From assembly GCA_963781885.1 (NCBI GenBank), contig CAWAHW010000002.1, positions 531,119 to 595,118 of the forward strand: a DNA stretch of 64,000 nt. Direction: 5' to 3'. Source of the DNA: an uncultured Spirochaetota bacterium (lineage in GTDB: Bacteria > Spirochaetota > Spirochaetia > SZUA-6 > Fen-1364). Shown in pieces: positions 50,344 through 61,009 of this stretch. The translations under genes were made by a program, and so were the position numbers. How positions within the stretch are numbered: the first letter of the stretch is position 1; every line of letters begins with the position of its first letter. Below the pieces are notes generated by a model. The model made no database searches. It was not told where the DNA came from and saw nothing but the letters and a program-made list of their open reading frames with translations.

Positions 50344-52911
50344 ATGGGTATACAACTGACACTCGCGGCGCGCTACCTCGCGGGCCGCCGCCTTCGCGCA
50401 ATTCTCACGACCCTTGCCGTCATCTTCGGCGTCCTCGTGCTTTTCGGCATGAACATCATCGTGCCGACCATGATGCAGGCGGTGCAGTCCACCATGATGG
50501 CCGCCTCCGACCAGGTCGACGTGACCGCGACGCTCACGACGGGTGAATCATTTGCCGCCGCCGCTGTGGACAAGGTCCGGGCGGTGAGCGGCGTGCGCGC
50601 CGCGCAGGGAATCCTGGAGCGGCCGGTGAATCTTCCCGCCGATTTCTTCGATCACAATCCTGCCACGCCCGACAAGGTGTCCGTGCTGTCCCTCATCGGC
50701 ATCGACCCGGCGCGCGCCCGCGGCGTGCGGCCGTACCCCCTGAGCGGAGGCCGCTTCCTCGAACCGACGGACGGAGCGGCGGCGGTCATATCCGCCAGTC
50801 TCGCGCAGTCGCTCGGCATCTCGCTGGGCGGCTCGTTCGCGCTGCCGACGGTGCAGGGACTCGTCCAGCTCACCGTCGTCGGGCTTCGTGCCCCGCGCGC
50901 CGTGCCCGGCAACGAGGAGGTGCTCGTGACGCTGCCCGAGGCGCAGCAGCTCCTTTCTGCCGAAGGCCAGATCAACACCATCGAGGCGAACTATGACGCA
51001 ACCGATGCGGCGCGCCGTGCACAGATCAAGGACGCCGTCCAGGCGGCCCTGGGAAGCTCGTTCACGCTCGGTACCCTTTCCGACACGAGCAGCCTCTATG
51101 GATCGCTGGGGGCAGCGCGAATCGGCTTCACCGCGTTCGGCATCCTCGCACTCTTCATGGGCGCCTTCATCATTTTCAACACCTTCCGCACGATCGTGGC
51201 CGAGCGCCGCCGTGACATGGGCATGCTGCGCGCAATCGGCGCAAGCCACCGCACCGTTGTTGGGATCTTCATCCTGGAAGGGCTGATCCAGGGTGTCCTG
51301 GGAACGGCGCTGGGGATGCTCTTCGGCTACCTTCTCGCCCTTGCGGCCACCGCGTCGCTGGGCCCGCTGCTTAGCCAGTACGTGCATTTGACGATGGGGC
51401 TGCCGATCGTCTCCCCGGGCATCGTCATCGTCTCCGTCGTCGTGGGCATCGGGGTGACGCTCGCGGCAGGCCTCTTCCCCGCGCTCGCCGCGCGCAAGGT
51501 GACGCCGATCGAGGCGCTGCGTCCCTCCACGGATGCCGCGGTCTACCGCCGCGCAATCGGCGGCAGCGCCATCGCGGGCATCGTCCTCGTGGTTCTGGCT
51601 CTCGTGGCGCTTGCCTCCGGCTCCATGAGCATCCTCGCGCTGGGCATGATCATGTTCATGGTGGGCATCGTGCTCCTGGCGCCCGCGCTGGTGCGGCCGC
51701 TCTCCCTGGTGTTCGGTGCGCTGCTGGCGCGCCTCTTTGCCCGGCAGGGGACGGGAACCCTCGCGCAGCAGAACCTCGCGCGCCAACCCTCCCGCGCGGC
51801 GGTGACGGCAAGCACGACCATGATCGCACTGGCCATCATCGTGGCCATGGGGGGCATGATGGCAAGCGTCTCCGCGGGATTCCTGGAGATCCTGCGCACG
51901 AGCCTGGGCAGCGACTACCTCTTCGTGCCCCCGGCCGTCGCGGTCTGGCAGAACGACGTCGGCGCCTCCGGCTCGCTCGCCGATTCCCTGCGAAAAATCG
52001 ACGGGGTGGACCACGTGAGCACCCTCCGCTACGCCTCCACGATCCTCGATTCCGGTGCAACCCGCAACACCGCCGCGCTCCTCGGCATCGAGCCGAAGGA
52101 GTTCCCGCTCGTTTCCTCCCTGGCGTTTACCGATGGCTCGTCGGAAAAGGCGTTTGCCGCCCTTGCGGACGGGCGGGGCATTATCGCCAATCCCATGCTC
52201 GCCGCGTCGCTGGGCTTGAAGGTGGGCGGCACCGTTTCACTGGACACGGCGGAAGGCAGGAAGGACTACCAGGTCGTCGGCATCGCCACGGACTTTCTCG
52301 ATGCGAAAATTGCCGCCGCCTTCGTGTCGCAGGCGAGCCTCGCCCGGGACTTCCACAAGACCGAGGACGTTCTCATCCAGCTCAACCTGAAGCGCGGTGC
52401 CGATGCCGCGGCTGCCGGGGCGGCCATCCGTGCAGCCGGGGCTCAATTCCCCCAGTTCTCCATCGTCCAGGGCAAGGACTACTACACGCAGATGAGCGGG
52501 CTTTTCACCGTGATCTTCACCGCCCTGTACGTGCTGTTTGCATTCCTCGCCTTGCCCTCACTCCTCACGATGCTCAATACGCTGGCGATCTCCGTGATCG
52601 AACGCACCCGCGAGATCGGGATGCTGCGCGCCGTCGGCACGACCCGGCGGCAGGTGAGCCGCACGGTGCTCGCCGAATCGCTGCTGCTGGCGGCCCTCGG
52701 CACCCTGTTCGGACTGGTTGCCGGCGTGTACCTCGGGTATCTCCTGGTCAGGGGCATGGCGTCGGCCGGCTTCCCAACGCCGTACGTGTTTCCGGCGGCG
52801 GGAGTAATCGCCGCGGTTGTGATCGGACTGGTATTCGGGGCCCTTGCCGCAATCATCCCGGCGCGAAAGGCCGCCGCCCTGGAAATCGTTGACGCCCTCC
52901 GGTTCGAATAA
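50344..52911 (+). CDS. ABC transporter permease, FtsX-like (two MacB_PCD/FtsX repeats)
   Basis: 855 aa, two FtsX modules each with 4 TM helices. Confidence 0.75.
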   Translation: MGIQLTLAARYLAGRRLRAILTTLAVIFGVLVLFGMNIIVPTMMQAVQSTMMAASDQVDVTATLTTGESFAAAAVDKVRAVSGVRAAQGILERPVNLPADFFDHNPATPDKVSVLSLIGIDPARARGVRPYPLSGGRFLEPTDGAAAVISASLAQSLGISLGGSFALPTVQGLVQLTVVGLRAPRAVPGNEEVLVTLPEAQQLLSAEGQINTIEANYDATDAARRAQIKDAVQAALGSSFTLGTLSDTSSLYGSLGAARIGFTAFGILALFMGAFIIFNTFRTIVAERRRDMGMLRAIGASHRTVVGIFILEGLIQGVLGTALGMLFGYLLALAATASLGPLLSQYVHLTMGLPIVSPGIVIVSVVVGIGVTLAAGLFPALAARKVTPIEALRPSTDAAVYRRAIGGSAIAGIVLVVLALVALASGSMSILALGMIMFMVGIVLLAPALVRPLSLVFGALLARLFARQGTGTLAQQNLARQPSRAAVTASTTMIALAIIVAMGGMMASVSAGFLEILRTSLGSDYLFVPPAVAVWQNDVGASGSLADSLRKIDGVDHVSTLRYASTILDSGATRNTAALLGIEPKEFPLVSSLAFTDGSSEKAFAALADGRGIIANPMLAASLGLKVGGTVSLDTAEGRKDYQVVGIATDFLDAKIAAAFVSQASLARDFHKTEDVLIQLNLKRGADAAAAGAAIRAAGAQFPQFSIVQGKDYYTQMSGLFTVIFTALYVLFAFLALPSLLTMLNTLAISVIERTREIGMLRAVGTTRRQVSRTVLAESLLLAALGTLFGLVAGVYLGYLLVRGMASAGFPTPYVFPAAGVIAAVVIGLVFGALAAIIPARKAAALEIVDALRFE

Positions 52912-52918
52912 CAGGCAC

Positions 52919-52950
52919 GACGACCCGGGTCTTTCCGTGTCGTCTCCCGT
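52919..52950. terminator. Putative bidirectional terminator hairpin between convergent operons
   Basis: GACGAC...GTCGTC stem around a 14-nt loop, followed by a T/C-rich tract. Located between the permease stop (52911) and the macB stop (52962). Confidence 0.3.
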
Positions 52951-52961
52951 TTCCCCTGCCG

Positions 52962-54956
52962 CTATTCGAAATGCAGAGCCTGGATGGGATCCATGCGTGA
53001 CGCCTTGCGCGCCGGGTAGATCCCGAAGAACAGCCCGACGGCGATCGAGAACCCGATGGCGAGGCCCACGGTGCCGATCGTGACGGACACGGCCATGCCG
53101 CCGACCTTGCTGATGAGCTGTGCCGCGATTGCTCCCAGTGCCCACCCCAGCAAGCCCCCCAGGCCGGAGAGGATGATCGCCTCCACGAGGAACTGCGCCA
53201 TGACGTCCCGCCGCCGCGCCCCGAGCGATTTCCTGATGCCGATCTCGCGCGTGCGCTCCGTGACGGACACGAGCATGATGTTCATGATGCCGATGCCGCC
53301 GACCAGGAGGCTGATTCCGCCGATGGCGCCCAGCAACAGCGTCATGATCTGCGATGTCTCCTGCACGGTCTGGAGCACGTCCTGCTGCGTGACGATGGAG
53401 AAGTCGTCGTCGGCTCCCGGCTGGATGCCGTGCCGGCGTTCCAGAAGCGCCGTGACGTCGGCCTTCACCTGATCGAGGTGGTCCTTGTCCACCGCGGTCA
53501 CGCCGATGCTCCGCGTGTCCTTCTGGTGGCGGAATCGGGCGTACATGACGGTGAAGGGGATGATCACCGTGTCGTCCTCGCTGAAGAACCCACCCCCCGC
53601 TCCCTTCTGCTTCAGCACGCCGATGACCTTGAAGCTCACGCCGGCGATCTTGATCGTCTTGCCGACCGGGTCCTCGTCGCCGAAGAGGTTCGTGACAATG
53701 TCGACGCCGATCACCGCCACGGCGCGGCTGGAGCGGTAGTCCTCCTCGGTGAAAAAGGAGCCGTTCTCCACCGTCCAGTTGCGCACGAGCGAATAGTCGG
53801 CAGTGGTCCCGACAACCGATGTCTGCCAGTTGTTCTTCTGATACTTCAGGGTTTCCCGGACGCTCACCTCGGATTCCACGCCGGAGATGTTCGCCACGCC
53901 CGCCTTGATTGCTGTCGCATCATCCACGGTGAGCGTGCTCATGGAGCCGAAACCCGCGCGCACGCCGCCCACCCTTGTGCTGCCTGGCGTGATGGTGAGG
54001 AAGTTGCTGCCCAGGCCCTGGATGCGCTGGGTGACGCCCGCCGTCGCGCCCTGGCCGACGGAGACCATGGCGATCACCGCCCCGACGCCAATGAGGATGC
54101 CCAGAATCGTGAGCACGGCGCGCATCTTGTTCTGGACAAGGGCCCGCGCGGCCGAGCGCACGTTCTCCCAGAGCTCGCCGGGGCTGAAGACGCCGCGCCT
54201 CTTTCTTTCGCCGTGCGCCGTGGCGCGCTGGATCTTGCCCACGTCGATCCCCACGCCCTGGATCTGCTTCGGGTCGGGGATCGCCTCGTCGGAAACGATC
54301 ACACCGTCCTTGAACTTCACCAGGCGCCGCGCATAGGCCGCCACGCTCTCCTCGTGCGTCACCATCAGGATCGTGATCCCCGCGCGGTTGAGGCTCAGGA
54401 AGATGTCCATGATCTCGTCGCTCATGCGGCTGTCGAGATTTCCCGTCGGCTCGTCGGCCAGGATCAGCGCGGGCGAGTTCACCAACGAGCGCGCAATGGC
54501 GACGCGCTGCTGCTCGCCACCGGAGAGCTCGCTGGGAGTGTGGTGCCCCCGCAGGGGAAGGCCCACTGCTTCCAGGAGCGCGTGCGCGGGGGTGACCCGT
54601 CGCCGCTCGCCGGTGTAGATGAGCGGCAGCTCGATGTTGCGCTCCGCGCTGGTGCGCGGCAGGAGGTTGAAGCCCTGGAAGACGAAGCCGATGGAGCAGC
54701 TCCGCACGGCGGCGAGCTGGTCGTCGTTCATGGTGGACACGTCGGTGCCGTCAAGGACGTAGCTGCCGCTGGTGGGGTGGTCGAGGCAGCCCAGGAGGTT
54801 GAGGAAGGTGCTCTTGCCCGAGCCCGACGGTCCCATGACCGCCACGAACTCCCCCTCCTCCAGGGTGAAGGAGACGCCCTTCAGCGCCTGAACCTCCACG
54901 GTCCCCGTGTCATAGGTCTTTGTCAGGTTCTCGGTCACGATCAAAGGGCGTCCCAT
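52962..54956 (-). CDS. macB: MacB-type efflux ABC transporter, fused ATPase-permease
   Basis: N-terminal ABC ATPase (GPSGSGKST, LSGGEQQRVAIARSL), C-terminal FtsX permease. 664 aa. Confidence 0.8.
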   Translation of the reverse strand: MGRPLIVTENLTKTYDTGTVEVQALKGVSFTLEEGEFVAVMGPSGSGKSTFLNLLGCLDHPTSGSYVLDGTDVSTMNDDQLAAVRSCSIGFVFQGFNLLPRTSAERNIELPLIYTGERRRVTPAHALLEAVGLPLRGHHTPSELSGGEQQRVAIARSLVNSPALILADEPTGNLDSRMSDEIMDIFLSLNRAGITILMVTHEESVAAYARRLVKFKDGVIVSDEAIPDPKQIQGVGIDVGKIQRATAHGERKRRGVFSPGELWENVRSAARALVQNKMRAVLTILGILIGVGAVIAMVSVGQGATAGVTQRIQGLGSNFLTITPGSTRVGGVRAGFGSMSTLTVDDATAIKAGVANISGVESEVSVRETLKYQKNNWQTSVVGTTADYSLVRNWTVENGSFFTEEDYRSSRAVAVIGVDIVTNLFGDEDPVGKTIKIAGVSFKVIGVLKQKGAGGGFFSEDDTVIIPFTVMYARFRHQKDTRSIGVTAVDKDHLDQVKADVTALLERRHGIQPGADDDFSIVTQQDVLQTVQETSQIMTLLLGAIGGISLLVGGIGIMNIMLVSVTERTREIGIRKSLGARRRDVMAQFLVEAIILSGLGGLLGWALGAIAAQLISKVGGMAVSVTIGTVGLAIGFSIAVGLFFGIYPARKASRMDPIQALHFE

Positions 54957-54966
54957 GTTGCTCTCC

Positions 54967-56308
54967 TCATCTCATCATCGGACCGAGGATCCCGCCGAGC
55001 CCGCCGTCCGGGGGGCCGCCGGGGCCCCCGGTCTGCTGCGCTGCCTGCGTGCTCGTGCTCGTCGCGGTGCCCGCGCTCTTTTTCGTCGTGACCACCTCCT
55101 GACCCTCGTCGAGTCCCGCGATGATCTGGGTCTTCGACCCGTCGGTTGCGCCGATCTGCACATCCCACGCCACGGCCTTGCCCCCGTCGATGATCGTCAC
55201 CGTGCTCTCTCCGTTTGTTGTCTTGATTGCCGAGGCGGGGAGGGTGAGGACGTGGGTGAGGGACACCACGGCGATATCGGCATCGGCATTCATGCCCCAG
55301 AGGAGCTCGCCATCGGGATTCGGCACCTCGATGGTGGCCGCGAACGTGGAGACATTGCTCGACGTCGTCGCTTTCAGATCCATGGACTTCACCCTGCCCC
55401 TGAACTCCATGTTGGGAAAGGCAGATTGCGTGACCGAGACCGGCTGTCCGATCTTGACCGAGGGTGCGTCGTTCTCATTCACCGCCGCAACGAGCAGCAT
55501 GGGGCTCGGGTCGATGATGGAGGCAATGGCGGTGCCCGTGGTGACGATATCGCCGACCTCCACGTCGAGCTCCGCGACCGTGCCTGCCCGGGGTGAGCGG
55601 ATGACCGTCGAGTCGAGGACGATCTTCGCCACTTGCCGGTTGTAGTCGGCCGTGGCGACCGCCGCCTCCTGTGCCTGCAGGCTTGCCGCGGTCGATTGGG
55701 CCTTCACGTTCGCGTAGGAAAGACGGGCGGATTCACATTCGGCCTTTGCCGTGGCGAGCGCCCGTTCCGCTTGCGTGAGCGTGCTCTTTGCCGCAAGTCC
55801 TTTGTCCGTCAACGCCTTCGTGCTGTCGTAGCTTTCCTGCGCGCTCGCCTCGGCGGCCTCTGCCGTTGCGAGCGTTGCCTCTGCCGCCGCGAGGTCCAGG
55901 CCCGCGGGCTTCGCCTCAAGGTTCGACAAGCGCGGCACGCTGCGACTGGTACGTCGCCTCGGCGCTCTTGAGGGCAAGATCGAGACCCGTGGGATCGATC
56001 TCCGCAATCGGCTGGTCCGCGGCCACCTTTTGGCCGACGGCGACGAACAGCCTCACGATCTTGCGCGTCGGCATATTGGAGTCGGGCCGTATGGTGATGC
56101 GGGTGGCCGGCTCGAGCTGACCCGATGCGCTCACCGTGGTCTGGATGTCCCCCCGCGTGACCTTGACCGTCGACACGGCAGCCTGCGTCGACCCGGTCTT
56201 CGCCGCGCCTGTGGAAGGGAAGAGCGTTCCCCGCAAGAACCAGAGTCCCACCCCTGCCACGACCAGTACGCAGGCCGCGATCAGAAGCCCCTTACCCCGC
56301 TTTTTCAT
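54967..56308 (-). pseudogene. macA: HlyD/MacA-family periplasmic adaptor, frameshifted at ~55935
   Basis: N-terminus with signal anchor (MKKRGKGLLIAACVLVVAG...) is in ORF 55916-56308. Coiled-coil, beta-barrel and MP domains are in frame 54967-56007. Confidence 0.65.
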
Positions 56309-56326
56309 GATTTCCTCCTTGATGAT

Positions 56327-57748
56327 CTAGTTTCCCAGCGCCGCATCCAGGGCGAGCGCGGCCAGCTGCGCGTCGCTCTTCGCATTGGCCAGGTTGACCT
56401 GCGCCGTGGTCAACGCCACGGAAGCAGTCAGGACGTCCAGGTTGGAAAGCACGCCGTTGGCGAACCGGAGCTGGGCAAGGTCGTCCTGGCTCTGCGCCAG
56501 CTCCATGCTCGCCTGCGCGAGATCCGCGCGGGCCCGCAGGTCGCGCAGCGACGAGACGGCGTTCTTCACGCCCGTGCTGATGCTGGCAACGAGCTTGTCC
56601 TGCTGGATCTTCAGCGCCTGATTCTGAAGCTGCGCTTGTTGCACCGCCGCTGCTGTGGCCCCCGCATCCAGGATGGGAAGGCTTAAGGTAAGCGCCGCCC
56701 CCCAGCCCGTGCTCGTGGAGACAGGGCTCGCCCAGCTCATGTTGAAATCCACCGACCCGTTGGCTTTCACGACCAGCGCGCCCTGGGCCTTCGCACGTGC
56801 TACGGAGATGTCAGCGGACGCGATGTTGAGCGCCGACTGCTTCAGCTCCGATCGCTGCGCCAGCGCCTTCTTCACCGCCTCCGCGACGTCCATCGTGGGA
56901 ACGGCCACGTCCCCCACCTCGGCAACGTCGTACTGCCGATCGAGCGGCCAGCCCACGACGGCGGACAGGAGCTCGCGGTCGATGCCCAGCGTGTCCTGCG
57001 CCTTCTGCAGGTCGAGGTCCGCCTGGGTCCGGTTGATCTGGGCCTGCCTCAGGTCGATCTGGCTGGCGCTCTGCGCGTCGTAGAGCGCCTGGGTCTTTCG
57101 GAGCTCTTCCACCCGCTGCGCGAGTGACTTTTTCAGTATGTCGATCTGCCTCTGCTGGGCGAGCAGCGTGTAGTAGGCCTGCTTCACCTGATAGACGATC
57201 GTCTTCTGGTTTGCATCCTCGCTGGACTGCGTGACCTGCAGGGCAAGGGAAGCCTGCTGGACGGTGGCGCTGCCGCTGCCCCTGGGGTAGCCATCCCAGA
57301 GGGTCGTGCTCGCTCCCAGGTGCAGCGTCGTGGACTGGTCGAGCGCGGAATCTTCCAGCAGCGTCTGCGACACGCTGGCGCTCAATGTGGAAGAGAGGGG
57401 GGCGCTCGCGGCGACGCCTGCATCCGCCGTGTCGTACGGGCTGCCGGCGATCGTGCCGTTGCTGCGCGTGGTGCCGGCTTCGGAATGGCTCACGCCGCCG
57501 GTTCCGCTGAGGCTGAACGAGTTTGCGGCGGCCGCGGCGTCGTATGTCGCCTGCGCGCTGCCCCGGGCAGCGCGGGAAGCCCTGATATCGGGTCCGTTGG
57601 CAAGCGCCTGATCGACGCACTGGGTGAGGGTCAGGCTGTCCGCGAATATCGGAAGGGAGAAGAAGAGCATCAGGACGACCACGAGAGTCGTGACCCTCAC
57701 CCCCTGCGTCGAGCGTGCGGTGAAGAGACCATGTGTCGTCTTCGTCAT
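56327..57748 (-). CDS. TolC-family outer membrane efflux protein
   Basis: Signal peptide, then two TolC repeats with a coiled-coil-rich Ala/Gln/Leu composition. Start MTKTTHGLF is internal to the ORF-track frame. Confidence 0.7.
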   Translation of the reverse strand: MTKTTHGLFTARSTQGVRVTTLVVVLMLFFSLPIFADSLTLTQCVDQALANGPDIRASRAARGSAQATYDAAAAANSFSLSGTGGVSHSEAGTTRSNGTIAGSPYDTADAGVAASAPLSSTLSASVSQTLLEDSALDQSTTLHLGASTTLWDGYPRGSGSATVQQASLALQVTQSSEDANQKTIVYQVKQAYYTLLAQQRQIDILKKSLAQRVEELRKTQALYDAQSASQIDLRQAQINRTQADLDLQKAQDTLGIDRELLSAVVGWPLDRQYDVAEVGDVAVPTMDVAEAVKKALAQRSELKQSALNIASADISVARAKAQGALVVKANGSVDFNMSWASPVSTSTGWGAALTLSLPILDAGATAAAVQQAQLQNQALKIQQDKLVASISTGVKNAVSSLRDLRARADLAQASMELAQSQDDLAQLRFANGVLSNLDVLTASVALTTAQVNLANAKSDAQLAALALDAALGN

Positions 57749-57890
57749 GGTCAGAATGTAGCGGGGTCGTTTCCAGAGTTGATGAAGTCGGGGCAAAAGC
57801 TCTGTGAAACCCGGGTAAAGACTTCGTAAACTGTGCAAAACCACGGCCCCATGCCCTTGCGCATCGAGCCCTCGAGGGTACATTGGGACC

Positions 57891-59660
57891 ATGACGAAAG
57901 GGGTCATGCAGCGGTCCGCGCCGATCCTCATCGCGATTCTCCTGCTGGCAGGAGGCGCCACGCTCGGCGTGCTGCAGGTGCGCTGGGTCGGCATCGCCTC
58001 CCGCGCGGAGGAGGAGCGCCTCCGTCGCGCGCTGGAGCTCGGGGCTGTACAGACGGCAGGGGATGCGGAGGAAGAGGTCCGGGTCATCCTGTCCCTGACG
58101 CGGATCTCTGCCGCCGACTTTGAGACGCAGAGCTGGAGCCAGATCGAGGCGGGCCTGGGCCTCTGGTACGCAAACGCCCGTTTCCCCGATCTGTTGCGCG
58201 CCTTCTCGATCGTGACCGACTCTCCTGCATCGGCGGTGCGCACCTATTCCCGGACCCAGGCCCGGCTGGTTGCCTCGGTGTTGCCCGCCGATGTCATGAA
58301 GGTGCTTTCCGAGGCGCAGTCCGCCGGAGCACGGTCCAACGGAGGGCAGCGATCGTGGCCTTCCGTCATGCTCGAGGCGAACAGACGCATCATCGCGCTT
58401 CCCGTACCCGGCGCGGACAACCAGGGCGCCGCGTCAGCGGGTTTCGTCATCATCGAGCTGGACACGAGCGTGTTCTACGAAAAGGTCCTGCCGTACTTCG
58501 TCGCCGTCGACCTTGGTGATTTCCTCTATAGAATCGTTGCGTCGGACAAGACGGTTCTCGCGGAGTCCAGCGGCCCTTTCACCAACCGGCAGCCCGAGAC
58601 CGCCGTGGGCGTGAGCAGCCTGCCCGTGCTGGGGGGGCCCTTTCACGGGCAGGTGCCCGCCGCCCCCGGCGCGGGCTCGAACGGCTCAATTTCCGTCGAC
58701 CCTCTCCTCCAGTTGTGGCTGGAGAGGGCCTCGGGAGCCCAAAGCGCCCGGGTCATGCCGCCGGACATCGGATTCTCTAGTGATGCGGAGGCCACCCTCC
58801 AGGTCTTCTACCCAAAGGCGAGCCTCGATGCCACGATGAAGCTGCGCCAGGCGCTCAACATCAGTATCAGCCTCGGCATCCTGTCCCTGCTCATCGTGAG
58901 CATGCTCGTGCTCTGGCGCCTGTACCGGCGGAGCCTCAGCCTCCGCGCGAGCGAGCAGGAATTCGTCGCCTCCATCAGTCACGAGCTGCGCACCCCCATC
59001 TCCGTCATCCAGGCGACGTCGCAGAACCTTGCGCGCGGCGTGGTGAGCGACCCCGCCCGACAGCAGCGCTACGCGGAGGTGATTCATGGCCAGATCAGGA
59101 GGCTGTCGGGCATGGTGGAAAGCATCCTCCTCTACGCCGGGCTCCAGTCGGGCAGAGGGCGGCCGCCCGGCCTGTCCGACATCGACCTCCCCACATTCGT
59201 TCAGGACCTCTTTCAGCCCCTGTGGTACCTGGCCCAGGAGCGGGGCTCCCGGGTGAAGCTGGATACCGCGGGCATGCCGGCCCGCATCTGCTCCGACCGC
59301 GTGGCAATCGGGTTGATACTGGAGAACCTCGTGGTGAATGCCATCCGGCATGCGGATCCGGGCGAGATACGGGTGAGCATCACGGCGACGGAGGGACGCA
59401 TCCTGGTGATCGCAGTTGAGGACGATGGACCCGGTATCCCGGCGCGCGAGCAGTCCCGTGTCTTCGAGCCGTTCACGCGCGGAGAGCGCAGCGTGCGCGA
59501 CCAGAAGCCGGGAAGCGGTCTCGGGCTGCATCTGGTCAAGCGCGTCACCGCGCTCCTGGGGGGGAAGGTGAGCCTCCAGAGCCCGTACCGGTCGGGAGCG
59601 CAGGGCGGGTGCAGATTCGTGGTGAGCCTGCCGTTCGAGGAGCCGAGCCGTGGCGACTAG
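57891..59660 (+). CDS. Sensor histidine kinase
   Basis: N-terminal TM plus periplasmic domain, second TM. HisKA (SISHELRTP) and HATPase (DDGPGIP, GSGLGL) motifs. Confidence 0.8.
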   Translation: MTKGVMQRSAPILIAILLLAGGATLGVLQVRWVGIASRAEEERLRRALELGAVQTAGDAEEEVRVILSLTRISAADFETQSWSQIEAGLGLWYANARFPDLLRAFSIVTDSPASAVRTYSRTQARLVASVLPADVMKVLSEAQSAGARSNGGQRSWPSVMLEANRRIIALPVPGADNQGAASAGFVIIELDTSVFYEKVLPYFVAVDLGDFLYRIVASDKTVLAESSGPFTNRQPETAVGVSSLPVLGGPFHGQVPAAPGAGSNGSISVDPLLQLWLERASGAQSARVMPPDIGFSSDAEATLQVFYPKASLDATMKLRQALNISISLGILSLLIVSMLVLWRLYRRSLSLRASEQEFVASISHELRTPISVIQATSQNLARGVVSDPARQQRYAEVIHGQIRRLSGMVESILLYAGLQSGRGRPPGLSDIDLPTFVQDLFQPLWYLAQERGSRVKLDTAGMPARICSDRVAIGLILENLVVNAIRHADPGEIRVSITATEGRILVIAVEDDGPGIPAREQSRVFEPFTRGERSVRDQKPGSGLGLHLVKRVTALLGGKVSLQSPYRSGAQGGCRFVVSLPFEEPSRGD

Positions 59661-60426
59661 GAAACCTGCAACCCGCCGCCCCGCGGCGACCGCGAAAAGG
59701 CCGGCGCGGCCGCGCGCACGCATCCTCGTGGTCGAAGACGAGGAAGGCCTGGTGCTCGCCCTGGAGGATGCCCTCCGCGGCGAGGGCTTCGAGGTGCGCG
59801 CCGCCACGGACGGCGTGAGCGGCCAGCGCGAGGCATCGACGGGCCGCCACGACCTTCTCATCCTCGACGTGATGCTCCCCGGCCGCGACGGATTCCAGGT
59901 CTGCCAGAACCTTCGCGCCGAGGGCGTCCGGATTCCCATCCTCATGCTGACGGCGCGCGGCACGACGATCGACATCGTCATGGGACTGCGCCTCGGCGCA
60001 GATGACTACCTCACGAAGCCCTTCGATACGCAGGTGCTCCTGGCGCGCGTCCAGGCGCTGCTCCGCCGCTCCACGGGTGCCGCGATGCCTTCCGGCGGGG
60101 AGGCGGAAGGCGCTGCCGAACCGGGCGTGCTGCGCTTCGGGGAGTTCAGCCTCGACACCGAGCGCATGCAGCTCCTCCGCGGCAACGAGCTGATTCCCCT
60201 CAACGTGCAGGAGTTCCGCCTCCTTGTCGTTTTTCTCCGGCACCCTGACCGTGTGCTGAGCAGGGACACGCTTCTTTCAGAAGCATGGGGCTACGACGCG
60301 GAAACGACGACGCGGACCGTGGACGTGCATATTGGATGGCTGCGGCAGAAGCTCGGGGAAAAGGATTTCCCCCGGCACCTCATTACGGTGCGCGGCTTCG
60401 GCTACAAGCTCATTCTGAACCCGTGA
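59650..60426 (+). CDS. OmpR-family response regulator
   Basis: Receiver domain (ILVVEDE, D in LLILD, K in LTKPF) plus wHTH. GTG start overlapping the kinase stop. Confidence 0.75.
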   Translation: MATRKPATRRPAATAKRPARPRARILVVEDEEGLVLALEDALRGEGFEVRAATDGVSGQREASTGRHDLLILDVMLPGRDGFQVCQNLRAEGVRIPILMLTARGTTIDIVMGLRLGADDYLTKPFDTQVLLARVQALLRRSTGAAMPSGGEAEGAAEPGVLRFGEFSLDTERMQLLRGNELIPLNVQEFRLLVVFLRHPDRVLSRDTLLSEAWGYDAETTTRTVDVHIGWLRQKLGEKDFPRHLITVRGFGYKLILNP

Positions 60427-60469
60427 CCGCCGGAGAGCGCGCCGGCGGCGGCCGGAGGTTCCTGACGCC

Positions 60470-61009
60470 ATGATCGCGCCTGTTCTCACAATCGCCTCCA
60501 TCCTCGCGGGCTTCTACCTCGTCTTCTACGTCTTTTTTCCGCTCGGGCGGGGTGCCATCTACTTTCCCAGCACCCCCGAGAAGACCCTCCTCTTCGTGAC
60601 ACTGTTGCGGGTCTTGCCCGGGGAGAGGGCCGCGGACCTGGGCGCAGGAGACGGACGGGTCGTCATTGCGCTCGCGCAAAGCGGCGCCGAGGCGCATGGA
60701 TTCGAGATAAACCCGGCCCTTGTGCTCATTGCGAAGCGGAACATCCGCCGCGCCGGTCTGCGCGGCAGGGCCTTCATCCACTGGAGGAGCTTCTGGCGCG
60801 CGGACCTTTCACGATTCGACGTGCTCACCGTCTTTCAGGGAAGCTTCATCATGAAGAGACTGGAGGCCAAGGTTCGCAGGGAGCTCTCACCCGGGGCGCG
60901 CATCGTCTCCGACTACTGGGGCTTTCCCACCATGGCACCGGAGAGCCTTCACGACACGGTCGTCTGCTATCGGATCCCCGACGCCCCGTCAGCTACAGGA
61001 CGCGGTTGA
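60470..61009 (+). CDS. Class I SAM-dependent methyltransferase (small, membrane-anchored)
   Basis: DLGAGDGRV SAM motif I. N-terminal TM helix. 179 aa. Confidence 0.55.
   Translation: MIAPVLTIASILAGFYLVFYVFFPLGRGAIYFPSTPEKTLLFVTLLRVLPGERAADLGAGDGRVVIALAQSGAEAHGFEINPALVLIAKRNIRRAGLRGRAFIHWRSFWRADLSRFDVLTVFQGSFIMKRLEAKVRRELSPGARIVSDYWGFPTMAPESLHDTVVCYRIPDAPSATGRG

Noticed and set aside
53430-55091. 553-aa plus-strand ORF antisense to macB
   Set aside because: Asp/Arg/Gly-rich artifact opposite a clearly conserved ABC transporter.
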